From Candidatus Deferrimicrobiaceae bacterium (GTDB lineage: Bacteria; Desulfobacterota; Deferrimicrobia; Deferrimicrobiales; Deferrimicrobiaceae), in the NCBI GenBank assembly GCA_963792415.1, contig CAWBVY010000004.1:192001-256000 (forward strand): a stretch of DNA of 64,000 nt. The letters run 5' to 3'. The first letter of the stretch is position 1. The number at the start of each line of letters is the position of its first letter. Of this stretch, positions 1 through 7,429 are shown one piece after another. Under the pieces are notes generated by a model. It saw only the letters and a program-made list of their open reading frames with translations, had not been told where the DNA came from and ran no database searches. Both the position numbers and the translations under genes were made by a program.

Positions 1-8
1 TACGAAAC

Positions 9-110
9 AGGAGGGACGCAGCATGCGATCCAGGACGAACCGCAGGGATTTTCTTCGGCTGATGGGTGCGGCGGCCGGTGTCGCGGTGGGCGCGACGCTA
101 CCCGCGATCC
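9..110 (+). repeat. Copy 1 of a ~102-bp RBS plus Tat-leader repeat (copy 2 at 63108-63209)
   Basis: Manual alignment: 11 mismatches in 102 nt, no gaps. Confidence 0.9.
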
Positions 111-622
111 TCGGCGGCCGGCTCACCGGATCGGGCGGTTTCACCGATACGGCGCGAGCTGCCGAGCGATCCGCGCCGCGTTCGATCCGGGTGTATTCCG
201 TCGAAAAGGGGAGCTACGTCATGACCCAGACCGTTGTGAAAACGAACGAAGAGTGGAAAAAAATCCTGACGCCCGAGCAGTACCACATCCTGCGGGAGAA
301 GGGGACGGAGCGGGCTTTCACCGGCAAGTACGACAAGAATCATGAGCACGGAATCTACCGCTGCGCCGGCTGCGAGCTCGAGCTGTACCGTTCGGAAGAG
401 AAGTACGACTCCAGGACCGGCTGGCCGAGCTTCACGGCGCCGATCGCGCCGGAGAACGTAAGCACCCGGCCCGACAACAGCCTCTTTTCCCGGCGCACCG
501 AAGTGGTTTGCCCCCGGTGCGACGGACACCTCGGCCACGTGTTCGACGACGGGCCGAAGCCGACCGGAAAGCGATACTGCATGAACTCGGCGGCCCTGCA
601 GTTCGTCGCCACCGCAAAATAG
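23..622 (+). CDS. msrB: Peptide-methionine (R)-S-oxide reductase MsrB with Tat signal peptide
   Basis: LTPEQYHILREKGTERAF, Zn ligands CAGC/CPRC, GWPSF, HLGHVFDDGP, RYCMNS; N-terminal twin-arginine NRRDFL; RBS AGGAGG. Confidence 0.95.
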   Translation: MRSRTNRRDFLRLMGAAAGVAVGATLPAILGGRLTGSGGFTDTARAAERSAPRSIRVYSVEKGSYVMTQTVVKTNEEWKKILTPEQYHILREKGTERAFTGKYDKNHEHGIYRCAGCELELYRSEEKYDSRTGWPSFTAPIAPENVSTRPDNSLFSRRTEVVCPRCDGHLGHVFDDGPKPTGKRYCMNSAALQFVATAK

Positions 623-647
623 ACCGGTCCTCGGGGAGGGGGCTCTT

Positions 648-1262
648 ATGAAAACGTTGCTCTTCGGATTGTTTGCGCTTCCCTTGATGCTCGTCGCCGC
701 CGGTACGGTCAACGCCGCCGCCACCCTCGAAAAAGCGACCTTCGCCGGGGGCTGTTTCTGGTGCATGGAGCACCCGTTCGACGCGTTGCCGGGAGTGGTG
801 TCGGTCACGTCCGGCTACACGGGAGGGCAGAAGGTGAATCCCACCTATAAAGAGGTCTCGGCCGGCGGGACCGGCCACGCGGAGGCGGTGCAGATCGTCT
901 ACGACCCTTCGAAGATCCATTACGGGAAGCTTCTCGACGTCTTCTGGCACAACATCGATCCGACCACGGTGGACCGCCAGTTCTGCGATTCCGGCAACCA
1001 GTACCGGTCGGCGATTTTCTACCACACGGAGGAACAGCACAAGGAGGCGTTGCAGTCGAAGGCGGCGCTGGAGAAGTCGAAGCCCTTCAGGGAGCCGGTG
1101 GTCACCGAAATCGTCCCCGCCGGCGAATACTATGCGGCGGAGGAGTACCACCAGCAATACTACAAGAAGAACCCGATCCGGTACCGGTATTACAGGAGCG
1201 GATGCGGCCGGGACCGGAGGCTCAAGGAACTGTGGGGGAGCGCGACCGGAGGGGAAAAGTAG
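648..1262 (+). CDS. msrA: Peptide-methionine (S)-S-oxide reductase MsrA with Sec-type signal peptide
   Basis: FAGGCFWC active site, GHAEAV, AEEYHQQYY; hydrophobic N-terminus ending in AxA. Confidence 0.95.
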   Translation: MKTLLFGLFALPLMLVAAGTVNAAATLEKATFAGGCFWCMEHPFDALPGVVSVTSGYTGGQKVNPTYKEVSAGGTGHAEAVQIVYDPSKIHYGKLLDVFWHNIDPTTVDRQFCDSGNQYRSAIFYHTEEQHKEALQSKAALEKSKPFREPVVTEIVPAGEYYAAEEYHQQYYKKNPIRYRYYRSGCGRDRRLKELWGSATGGEK

Positions 1263-1296
1263 CAGGGAGACGGCGGGAGGCCCTGCGCGGAGGGCC

Positions 1297-1578
1297 TTAC
1301 CCGCCGCAGCCGCAGGAAGGCTTCGAACCGGTAAGCCACCCGTTCAGGATCGCGGCGGCGCACCCCACGCCCGGATTCACCGAGATCGCCTGCGTCGGGC
1401 AATTCCTCGCGCACGCCCCGCACTCCATGCAGGCGTCGCGGTCGAGGATCCGGGCCTTGCCGTCCGCCACGGCGTAGACCCCGTGAGGACACACCTCCTC
1501 GCACATCCCGCACCCGATGCATGCGGCATCGGCGAGACGCACGGTGGCAACGCCTTCGATATATCGAAACCCGTCCAT
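1297..1578 (-). CDS. hgcB: Mercury methylation ferredoxin HgcB (alternative GTG start at 1581)
   Basis: Two CxxCxxCxxxCP motifs, including HgcB-type CMECGAC; GVGCA; Cys-containing tail SCGCGG; directly downstream of hgcA. Confidence 0.92.
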   Translation of the reverse strand: MDGFRYIEGVATVRLADAACIGCGMCEEVCPHGVYAVADGKARILDRDACMECGACARNCPTQAISVNPGVGCAAAILNGWLTGSKPSCGCGG

Positions 1579-1600
1579 CACGATCCCCCCTCGACCGATA

Positions 1601-2731
1601 TCAACGGAGAAACGCCCCCCCGACCCAGAGGAGGCCGGCCACTGCCGTCAGGCCCGCCTGGACGGGAAGGGCCCTGCGCATCTCCTTCTCCACGCCCGAC
1701 GGGGACGTGAACGGCGTCGCACCGGTGAAATTCATTGCGGTGAACGACGAGACCGTCGTCATCGCAAGCAGCAGCGCCAGCGCCGTGGGCGTCTCCAACG
1801 TTCCGCGGTACCACATCACCGCGCAAGCCCCGAGGACGGCTCCCGCCAGACCCCCCTTGACCGAAAACGCCCGCCCGGGAAGCCAGGGGAGAAGCACCGG
1901 GGTCACCACGGCACCCGCCAGGATCCCGGCCGCGAGGACTTCCACCGCGCTGAACCCACGCTCCCAAGCCGCACCGAGGGAGAAGATCCCCGGCCCGACG
2001 CCCGCGAGCAGGAACAGGACGGCCGCCGCCCACCCCGCGGTACGCAATAGACCCGTGATTTCGACCGGCGTCAGGACGAGGCGGTCCATCGTGGGGAAAT
2101 CGACCCTTCGCATCTCCGGAGACGCCTTCAACCCGGCCTCGAGGAACGCACGGATGTCGCAGGCGCGCACCGGACCGTACGCCACCGTGAAGCCGCACCC
2201 TTTCCGGACCTCGTGGGCGGCGACCCCGGGCGCGCCGAGCTGCGGAAGGATCAGCATGCGGTGGCGCACCACCTCCGATAACCGCGCCTCCGTCACCCTG
2301 CGGATCACTTCTCCGGTTCCGAAGGTCCCCTCCCCGGCGGCGCACCAGACGTTGACTCCCGAGGTGTCGAGGACCAGGATCCATGCGTCCAGCCCCGCCG
2401 CGTCGCGGCGCACGACGTCGAAGGTCAATTTATAGTTGGCGGTAACCAGGACGGGCGCGTCCGCCCCCGGTGCCCCCAGCGCGTACAGGCCCGGGACGAC
2501 GCGGTAGCGGTCCCTGCCGATCCCCCACCGAATTTTCCACCGGCCCACGAGGTCGCGCCCCCCGATCCGCGAATGTACGCGGGGAACCGGCCCGGCCGGC
2601 GTCTCCACCTGCCCGGCCACAAACGTATCCTCGTAGCGGGGTACGGCCGTCGACGGCGAACCCCCGCCGCAACAGGGTGATCCCTTCCCGCTCGGGGGCG
2701 CGCAGCACTCCCCGCTCTTCGCTTCGCTCAT
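1601..2731 (-). CDS. hgcA: Mercury methylation corrinoid protein HgcA
   Basis: PGLYALG, PVLVTANYKLTFD, cap helix GVNVWCAAGEGTFGT, LPQLGAPG, YGPVRA; C-terminal TM domain ending MNFTGATPFTSPSGVEKE; adjacent hgcB. Confidence 0.93.
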   Translation of the reverse strand: MSEAKSGECCAPPSGKGSPCCGGGSPSTAVPRYEDTFVAGQVETPAGPVPRVHSRIGGRDLVGRWKIRWGIGRDRYRVVPGLYALGAPGADAPVLVTANYKLTFDVVRRDAAGLDAWILVLDTSGVNVWCAAGEGTFGTGEVIRRVTEARLSEVVRHRMLILPQLGAPGVAAHEVRKGCGFTVAYGPVRACDIRAFLEAGLKASPEMRRVDFPTMDRLVLTPVEITGLLRTAGWAAAVLFLLAGVGPGIFSLGAAWERGFSAVEVLAAGILAGAVVTPVLLPWLPGRAFSVKGGLAGAVLGACAVMWYRGTLETPTALALLLAMTTVSSFTAMNFTGATPFTSPSGVEKEMRRALPVQAGLTAVAGLLWVGGAFLR

Positions 2732-2747
2732 CCCCTCTTCCCCCCCG

Positions 2748-3026
2748 TCATCCTTTCGGGAGCAGGTCCGCCATCAGGGGGCCGAGCACTCCCTTGAGCA
2801 TCGTGCTGAGTTCCTCGACCTTGATCAGCGAGAGGCAGCACACCTTCCCCTCTTTCTCCCAGCCGATCAGCGCCAGCTTGTCGCCCCCCCTGATCCCCGC
2901 CCTGTCCCGGAGATCCTTGGGGAGGACCATCTGCCCCCGCTCGTCCACCGTCACCAGCGACTCGACCTTGCACCCCCCGAACGACGGCGTCGTGCAGCAC
3001 GACCCGCTCTTTCCCTGCTTCCTCAT
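2748..3026 (-). CDS. hgcC: HgcAB-associated AbrB/MazE-like protein (HgcC)
   Basis: CKVESLVTVDERGQMVLPKDLRDRAGIRGGDKL swapped-hairpin signature, two CC pairs, first gene of the hgc operon, RBS GGAGG. Confidence 0.8.
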   Translation of the reverse strand: MRKQGKSGSCCTTPSFGGCKVESLVTVDERGQMVLPKDLRDRAGIRGGDKLALIGWEKEGKVCCLSLIKVEELSTMLKGVLGPLMADLLPKG

Positions 3027-3062
3027 GTCCGGGCCTCCCGTGAAGCAACCCCATGAAACCAA

Positions 3063-3120
3063 AATATCTGACAAATCAGATTATACTGATAATACTGCCC
3101 GCGGGACGCACCGGTGTCAA
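3063..3120 (-). promoter_or_regulatory. hgc operon promoter/operator region
   Basis: TTGACA (3115-3120), TATTAT (3089-3094) and TATAAT (3080-3085) on the minus strand; four abutting imperfect 9-bp units; ATCTGA-N4-TCAGAT inverted repeat. Confidence 0.6.
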
Positions 3121-3247
3121 GTGGGCATTTCACGCCCGGCTTTCCATGCGCCACCGCCCGCGCTTCGTGGTTGACCCCGGTCAAGGACGGGGCGGGGGGG
3201 AAGAGGGAGAGTGAAGCCGTGGAAATCAGGTCCCCGGAGGTACGACG

Positions 3248-3628
3248 ATGAGCGACCCCGTGTTCGCGCGGCCCAGGAACGATCCCGAGTTCGACCCGAA
3301 ACGGTTCCTCCCCCGGCCCCTGTTCGAAAGCCCGGAGATGAAGGTGGTCCGCGCCACGTTCCGCGCGGGGCAATTCATCCCCGTCCACGCCCCGGACGTG
3401 CACGTCGCCCTTTATATCCTTTCCGGGGAAGGGGAAGTGGTCGCCGGGACGGAGCGCCGAAGCGTCACGGAAGGGGATCTCGTCGTTGTCCCGAGGAAGG
3501 TCCGGCGGGGCGTCAAGGCGAAGACCGACATGATCGTGCTGCACGTCGTCTCGCCGTCCCCGACGCAGGCCGACCACGGCGACATGGGGGAGCGGATCGC
3601 CCGCGGGGAGTTCGAACTCCCGGCCTGA
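3248..3628 (+). CDS. Cupin domain protein
   Basis: GQFIPVH...YILSGEG...EGDLVVVP cupin barrel pattern. Confidence 0.8.
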   Translation: MSDPVFARPRNDPEFDPKRFLPRPLFESPEMKVVRATFRAGQFIPVHAPDVHVALYILSGEGEVVAGTERRSVTEGDLVVVPRKVRRGVKAKTDMIVLHVVSPSPTQADHGDMGERIARGEFELPA

Positions 3629-3643
3629 CCCGATCCCCGTCCT

Positions 3644-4186
3644 TCATTTCCCGGCGTTTTTCGGGATCGGCGGAATGAAGGGTTCCCCGGGGCGCCAGCC
3701 GACGGGGGTCAACTCCCCGGTTTTGAGCGCGGACAGGAGCCGCAGAATCTCGTCGACGCTCCTTCCCACGGTCAGGTCCTGCACGCCGTACGCCCGGACG
3801 AGCCCGTCCGGATCGATGAGGAACGTCCCCCGAAGCGCGGCCCCGAGCCTCTCCAGCAGGACCCCGTACTCCCTCGAGACCTGCTTGGTGAAATCGGCGA
3901 GCAGGGGGAAGCGCAACTCCCCCAGCTCCTGGTTGACCCAGGCCAGGTGGGAAAACTTGCTGTCCGTGCTGATCCCAAGGATCTGCGCGCCTGCCGAGGC
4001 GAATTCGTTCTCCCGCCGGGAGAACTCAAGGATCTCCGAGTTTCATATGGGGGTGAAGTCGAACGGGTAGAAGAACAGGACGACCCACTTCCTTTTGTAG
4101 TCCGACAGTCTGATCTCCCGGAACTGCTTCCCCACGACTCCGGACAGCTCGAACGTCGGCGCCGGGCCATTCACCTGGACCGCCAT
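3644..4186 (-). CDS. Selenocysteine-containing AhpC/TSA-family peroxiredoxin (in-frame TGA at 4043-4045 read as Sec)
   Basis: [25 protein letters not shown]: TGA sits exactly at the peroxidatic Cys, and the frame continues with [30 protein letters not shown]; SECIS-like hairpin downstream. Confidence 0.88.
4007..4025 (-). promoter_or_regulatory. Putative bacterial SECIS hairpin
   Basis: GTTCTCCC-GGC-GGGAGAAC perfect 8-bp stem starting 17 nt after the UGA, with a G-initiated apical loop. Confidence 0.65.
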
Positions 4187-4254
4187 GTGCGTCCCCCTTT
4201 CATGGAACTCGTGTCCACGATCCGATGAAACCGGCATTCATCCGCTGGCACGGA

Positions 4255-5373
4255 TCACCGGGTCGATGCGATCTTCAGCATCTTTTCGTTGGCCTTGAGG
4301 CCATGGCCCGTGAGCGGAGCCACCATGACTCCGCCCCGGAGCGCGGGAACCTTCAGATACGCCGCTACCGGAAGGGCGGATGTCGGCTCCACGTAAAGCC
4401 CCTTGCGGCCCAGCAGGAGCAGCGCGTTCTCGACCTCCGCATCGTCCACGGCGACCACCTGGCCTCCGGTCCGCCGGACGATGTCGACGATCTCCTTTCC
4501 CCGCACCGGAGCGGCGATCGCCACACCCTCGGCGATCGTCTCGCGGCTCTCCACCGGGGGGACGGCGTCGAGGCCGTCCCGGAACATCCGCAGGAGTGGG
4601 GCGCAATTCGCCGCCTGCACGGCGATGTGCCTCGGGATGCGGTCGATCCGACCCGCTTCCTTCAAGTCGCGGAACCCGAGGAAGGAACCGATCAGCAGCG
4701 TCCCGTTCCCGACCGGAAGCAGGATCGCGTCCGGGGCCCGGAACCCCATCTGCTCCCACACCTCGTAGGCGAAGGTCTTCGTCCCCTGGAAGAAAAAGGG
4801 GTTCCAGGAGTGGCTGGCGTAGTAGGTCGTTTCCGCGGCCGCCAGGGCGGCTTTCGCGGTTTCCTCCCGACTTCCCGGGATCCGTTGCAGCGTCGCACCG
4901 TAGAAAAGGATCTGGGCCAGCTTCCCCGGGGAGGTGCTTTCGGGCACGAGAATCTCGCAACGGATCCCCGCCTTCGCCGCGTAGGCGGCGATCGCGCAAC
5001 CGGCGTTCCCCGAGGAGTCTTCCACGACACGCTCGACGCCCAGTTCCTTCGCCTTGCTCACCAGCACGGCGGCCCCGCGGTCCTTGTACGACCCCGTCGT
5101 GAAGAGCTGTTCGAGCTTCAGGTGCAGCACTCCCGGCCCCAACTCGACGGGGAGGATCGGCGTCATCCCCTCATCGAACGACACGACCGCCGCATCCTCC
5201 CCGATGGGCAAAGCCTCCCGGTACCGCCACATCGTCGGCTTCCGCCGGGCGATCTTTTCCGGGTCGAGCCGGGCCTCGAAGCGGACGTCGAGGAGGCCGC
5301 CGCAGCCGCACCTCCACCTCGGGTCGTTCATCGGATACGCAGTAGCGCACGACTGGCATACAAGCCCGGTCAA
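4255..5373 (-). CDS. Threonine synthase-like PLP (fold type II) enzyme
   Basis: N-terminal CxxC/CxC, EGMTP, KLEQLFTTGSYKDRG (PLP lysine), DSSGNAG, PVGNGT, VEPTSA; TTG start with GGAGG RBS. Confidence 0.85.
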   Translation of the reverse strand: MTGLVCQSCATAYPMNDPRWRCGCGGLLDVRFEARLDPEKIARRKPTMWRYREALPIGEDAAVVSFDEGMTPILPVELGPGVLHLKLEQLFTTGSYKDRGAAVLVSKAKELGVERVVEDSSGNAGCAIAAYAAKAGIRCEILVPESTSPGKLAQILFYGATLQRIPGSREETAKAALAAAETTYYASHSWNPFFFQGTKTFAYEVWEQMGFRAPDAILLPVGNGTLLIGSFLGFRDLKEAGRIDRIPRHIAVQAANCAPLLRMFRDGLDAVPPVESRETIAEGVAIAAPVRGKEIVDIVRRTGGQVVAVDDAEVENALLLLGRKGLYVEPTSALPVAAYLKVPALRGGVMVAPLTGHGLKANEKMLKIASTR

Positions 5374-5450
5374 GGGGTTCCCCTCCTTCCCGTCAGCCAG
5401 ATCTCCCGGAACGATTTCCCCACGACTCCAGGCATTCCGCTGGAGGCCAC
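5370..5450 (-). pseudogene. Relic of the peroxiredoxin 5' end, now a 26-aa mini-ORF whose TGA overlaps the TTG start of the threonine-synthase-like gene
   Basis: 5389-5480 aligns to 4101-4210 with an internal deletion; peptide GVVGKSFREIWL vs [12 protein letters not shown]. Confidence 0.7.
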
Positions 5451-5478
5451 GTGCGTCCCCCCTTTCACGTCATGGAAT

Positions 5479-5835
5479 TCACGGGAGCGGCGAGGTGAAT
5501 TCGACATCGATACTTATCCCGCAAAATGGACAGAATTTCACAGCCTTCGACATGGTCAGTATGCTAGTACGCATGAACGGCACCTTGTACATTACGATAT
5601 ACCCGATGACGGCTCTGCAGTTGGGGCAGTACATGAAAAAATACGCGTAGAACAACGCAAAAATAACGATCGCAAATCCAATGATAAATACGATCGATGC
5701 CATCTTCACATCGGTTACAACGTTGATTGCTATCCCGGAAATGGAAATCAAGATTCCTGACAGTATGACGATCATGATCTTCCGTAGTTTTTCATTGATC
5801 ATTTGCCTTATGGTCATGACCTGTGTCCCTTTCAA
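5479..5835 (-). CDS. Small AT-rich two-TM membrane protein with double CxxC zinc ribbon
   Basis: Two hydrophobic stretches, then YCPNC and FCPFCG; visibly AT-richer than its flanks; start could be 5817. Confidence 0.65.
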   Translation of the reverse strand: MKGTQVMTIRQMINEKLRKIMIVILSGILISISGIAINVVTDVKMASIVFIIGFAIVIFALFYAYFFMYCPNCRAVIGYIVMYKVPFMRTSILTMSKAVKFCPFCGISIDVEFTSPLP

Positions 5836-6005
5836 CGCAAATGCGTACCTGGTTCCTCGCCCATCGAGTATGGCATAAAAATTATGACTCTAAACGGCAG
5901 CCATTCCCCCAGGCCGGATGACTCCATGGAGCAGGAGGAGGAGGATCTCCGGGGTATCTATCCACAGGCACCACTCCTGCGTTCTTCCCTGTGGCAAACT
6001 CCGCG

Positions 6006-6032
6006 TTGCATTTATCAAAAATAATCTATAAT
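6006..6032 (+). promoter_or_regulatory. Possible sigma70 promoter of the lipoprotein gene
   Basis: TTGCAT-N15-TATAAT in an AT-rich patch; the spacer is short. Confidence 0.4.
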
Positions 6033-6108
6033 CCGGTAACATCCGCAAGCACAACGCTCCGGACGCGGAGATATACGGCCCATACCCCCTGACCGTGAGG
6101 AGGGTTCG

Positions 6109-7404
6109 ATGAGAAGGCTGGCCTGGGTGTTCGTCGCGATGCTGTTCGCGGGCTGCGGTGGCGGAGGCGGTGGTGGCGGCGGTGGCGGCGGTCATACCCC
6201 GGAGATCTCGAACCTCCAGTTTTCTCCGACATCCGCCATGGTGAACGATGGGGGGGGAACCGTCAACATCTCGGGGAGTTTCGATTTCACCGACAGCGGA
6301 GGCGATCTCGCCCGGATGGTTCTCACCACGTACGACGATAATCATAACCAGGTCGAATCAATTACCATTCCTGTCTCTTCTCCGGGAGTTACCGCGGGGA
6401 CGCTATTCGGAACCGTAATAATTGACACATCCGCACCCGGGGTCTTCACGTTTACCGTTCTTCTTTACGATTCTGCCGGCAATGCATCCAATTCCCTCGG
6501 GGGAACATTCTCCGTTACTCCCGACCCCTGGCAACCCCGGAGCAACCCCCTGTCGCCGGGAACCCAGATCACATCCGTGGCGTACGGCGGGGGACTCTTC
6601 CTCGCCGGGGCGGACGACAACAGCATCCTGGGATCGGCCGACGGGGCTACATGGTTCATCGCAAACTCCGGGATCGGGAAAATGATCCGGAGAATCAGTT
6701 ACGGAAATGGGCATTTCGTGGCGATCGCCGAGGACCAGGTTAACGACTTCCTCATCGCATCGGCGGACAACGGAGCCACCTGGACGACAGCTTCGCTGAC
6801 CCTCGGAAGGAATACCTGGCGGGACGTCTCTTTTGGAAACGGGATCTTCTTCGTGACACAGGACTACTCGGACTCTCTGTATGCCTCCCTGGACAACGGG
6901 GCTACGTGGACCCGCGTGTCGTCGGGACTGACCAGTCTCGGCATGAATGCGCCCGCGTACGGAAACGGGAAATTCGTTGCGGCGGCCGATGGAGGAGACC
7001 TGTTGGTTTCCGGCGACGGAATCGACTGGTCCCTCGGCACCCCTTACGGCGGTACTTCCCGCCCTGTGATCGCTTTCGACAACGGGGTGTTCGCGATCGT
7101 CCCGCTGCTTCTCGAGGATATCTACGTTTCGCACGACGGTGCCATCACATGGCAAAACCGGTTCACGATCCCCACTTACTGGCGGATGTGGGACCTCGCC
7201 GCGGGTGACGGCATGTTCGTCGGCGTGGGGAGGATCGACTCGCAACAGGGTGGCGCTCTCTGCGCATCCTACGGAGGGGACGCGTGGGTGACGCGTACGC
7301 TCGGAAACAGCGATTTGTGGGGGATCGCTTACGGGAACGGGACGTTCGTGGCCGTTGGAGACAACGCGACGATCTACCAGTCCGCCCCGGGGTGGAAACC
7401 GTAG
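6109..7404 (+). CDS. Lipoprotein with Gly linker, Ig-like region and BNR/Asp-box-type beta-propeller repeats
   Basis: Lipobox LFAGC, poly-Gly, repeated SxDGxxW and YGNGxFVAV units. Confidence 0.8.
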   Translation: MRRLAWVFVAMLFAGCGGGGGGGGGGGGHTPEISNLQFSPTSAMVNDGGGTVNISGSFDFTDSGGDLARMVLTTYDDNHNQVESITIPVSSPGVTAGTLFGTVIIDTSAPGVFTFTVLLYDSAGNASNSLGGTFSVTPDPWQPRSNPLSPGTQITSVAYGGGLFLAGADDNSILGSADGATWFIANSGIGKMIRRISYGNGHFVAIAEDQVNDFLIASADNGATWTTASLTLGRNTWRDVSFGNGIFFVTQDYSDSLYASLDNGATWTRVSSGLTSLGMNAPAYGNGKFVAAADGGDLLVSGDGIDWSLGTPYGGTSRPVIAFDNGVFAIVPLLLEDIYVSHDGAITWQNRFTIPTYWRMWDLAAGDGMFVGVGRIDSQQGGALCASYGGDAWVTRTLGNSDLWGIAYGNGTFVAVGDNATIYQSAPGWKP

Positions 7405-7429
7405 AGGGCAGCGGGAAGGGAACGCCCGC

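Noticed and set aside
2655-2731. Selenocysteine in the HgcA N-terminal extension
   Set aside because: Codons are TGC-TGC and TGT-TGC with no in-frame TGA
1601-2731. CdhD/AcsC corrinoid subunit rather than HgcA
   Set aside because: The TM domain, cap-helix Cys and adjacent CMECGAC ferredoxin indicate HgcA
5985-6010. c-di-GMP-I riboswitch (GGCAAAC)
   Set aside because: No GNRA-capped P2 or downstream GACGCAAA/P3 elements
6157-6192. GGC/GGT tandem repeat
   Set aside because: Encodes the poly-Gly linker of the lipoprotein; not CRISPR or a distinct repeat element
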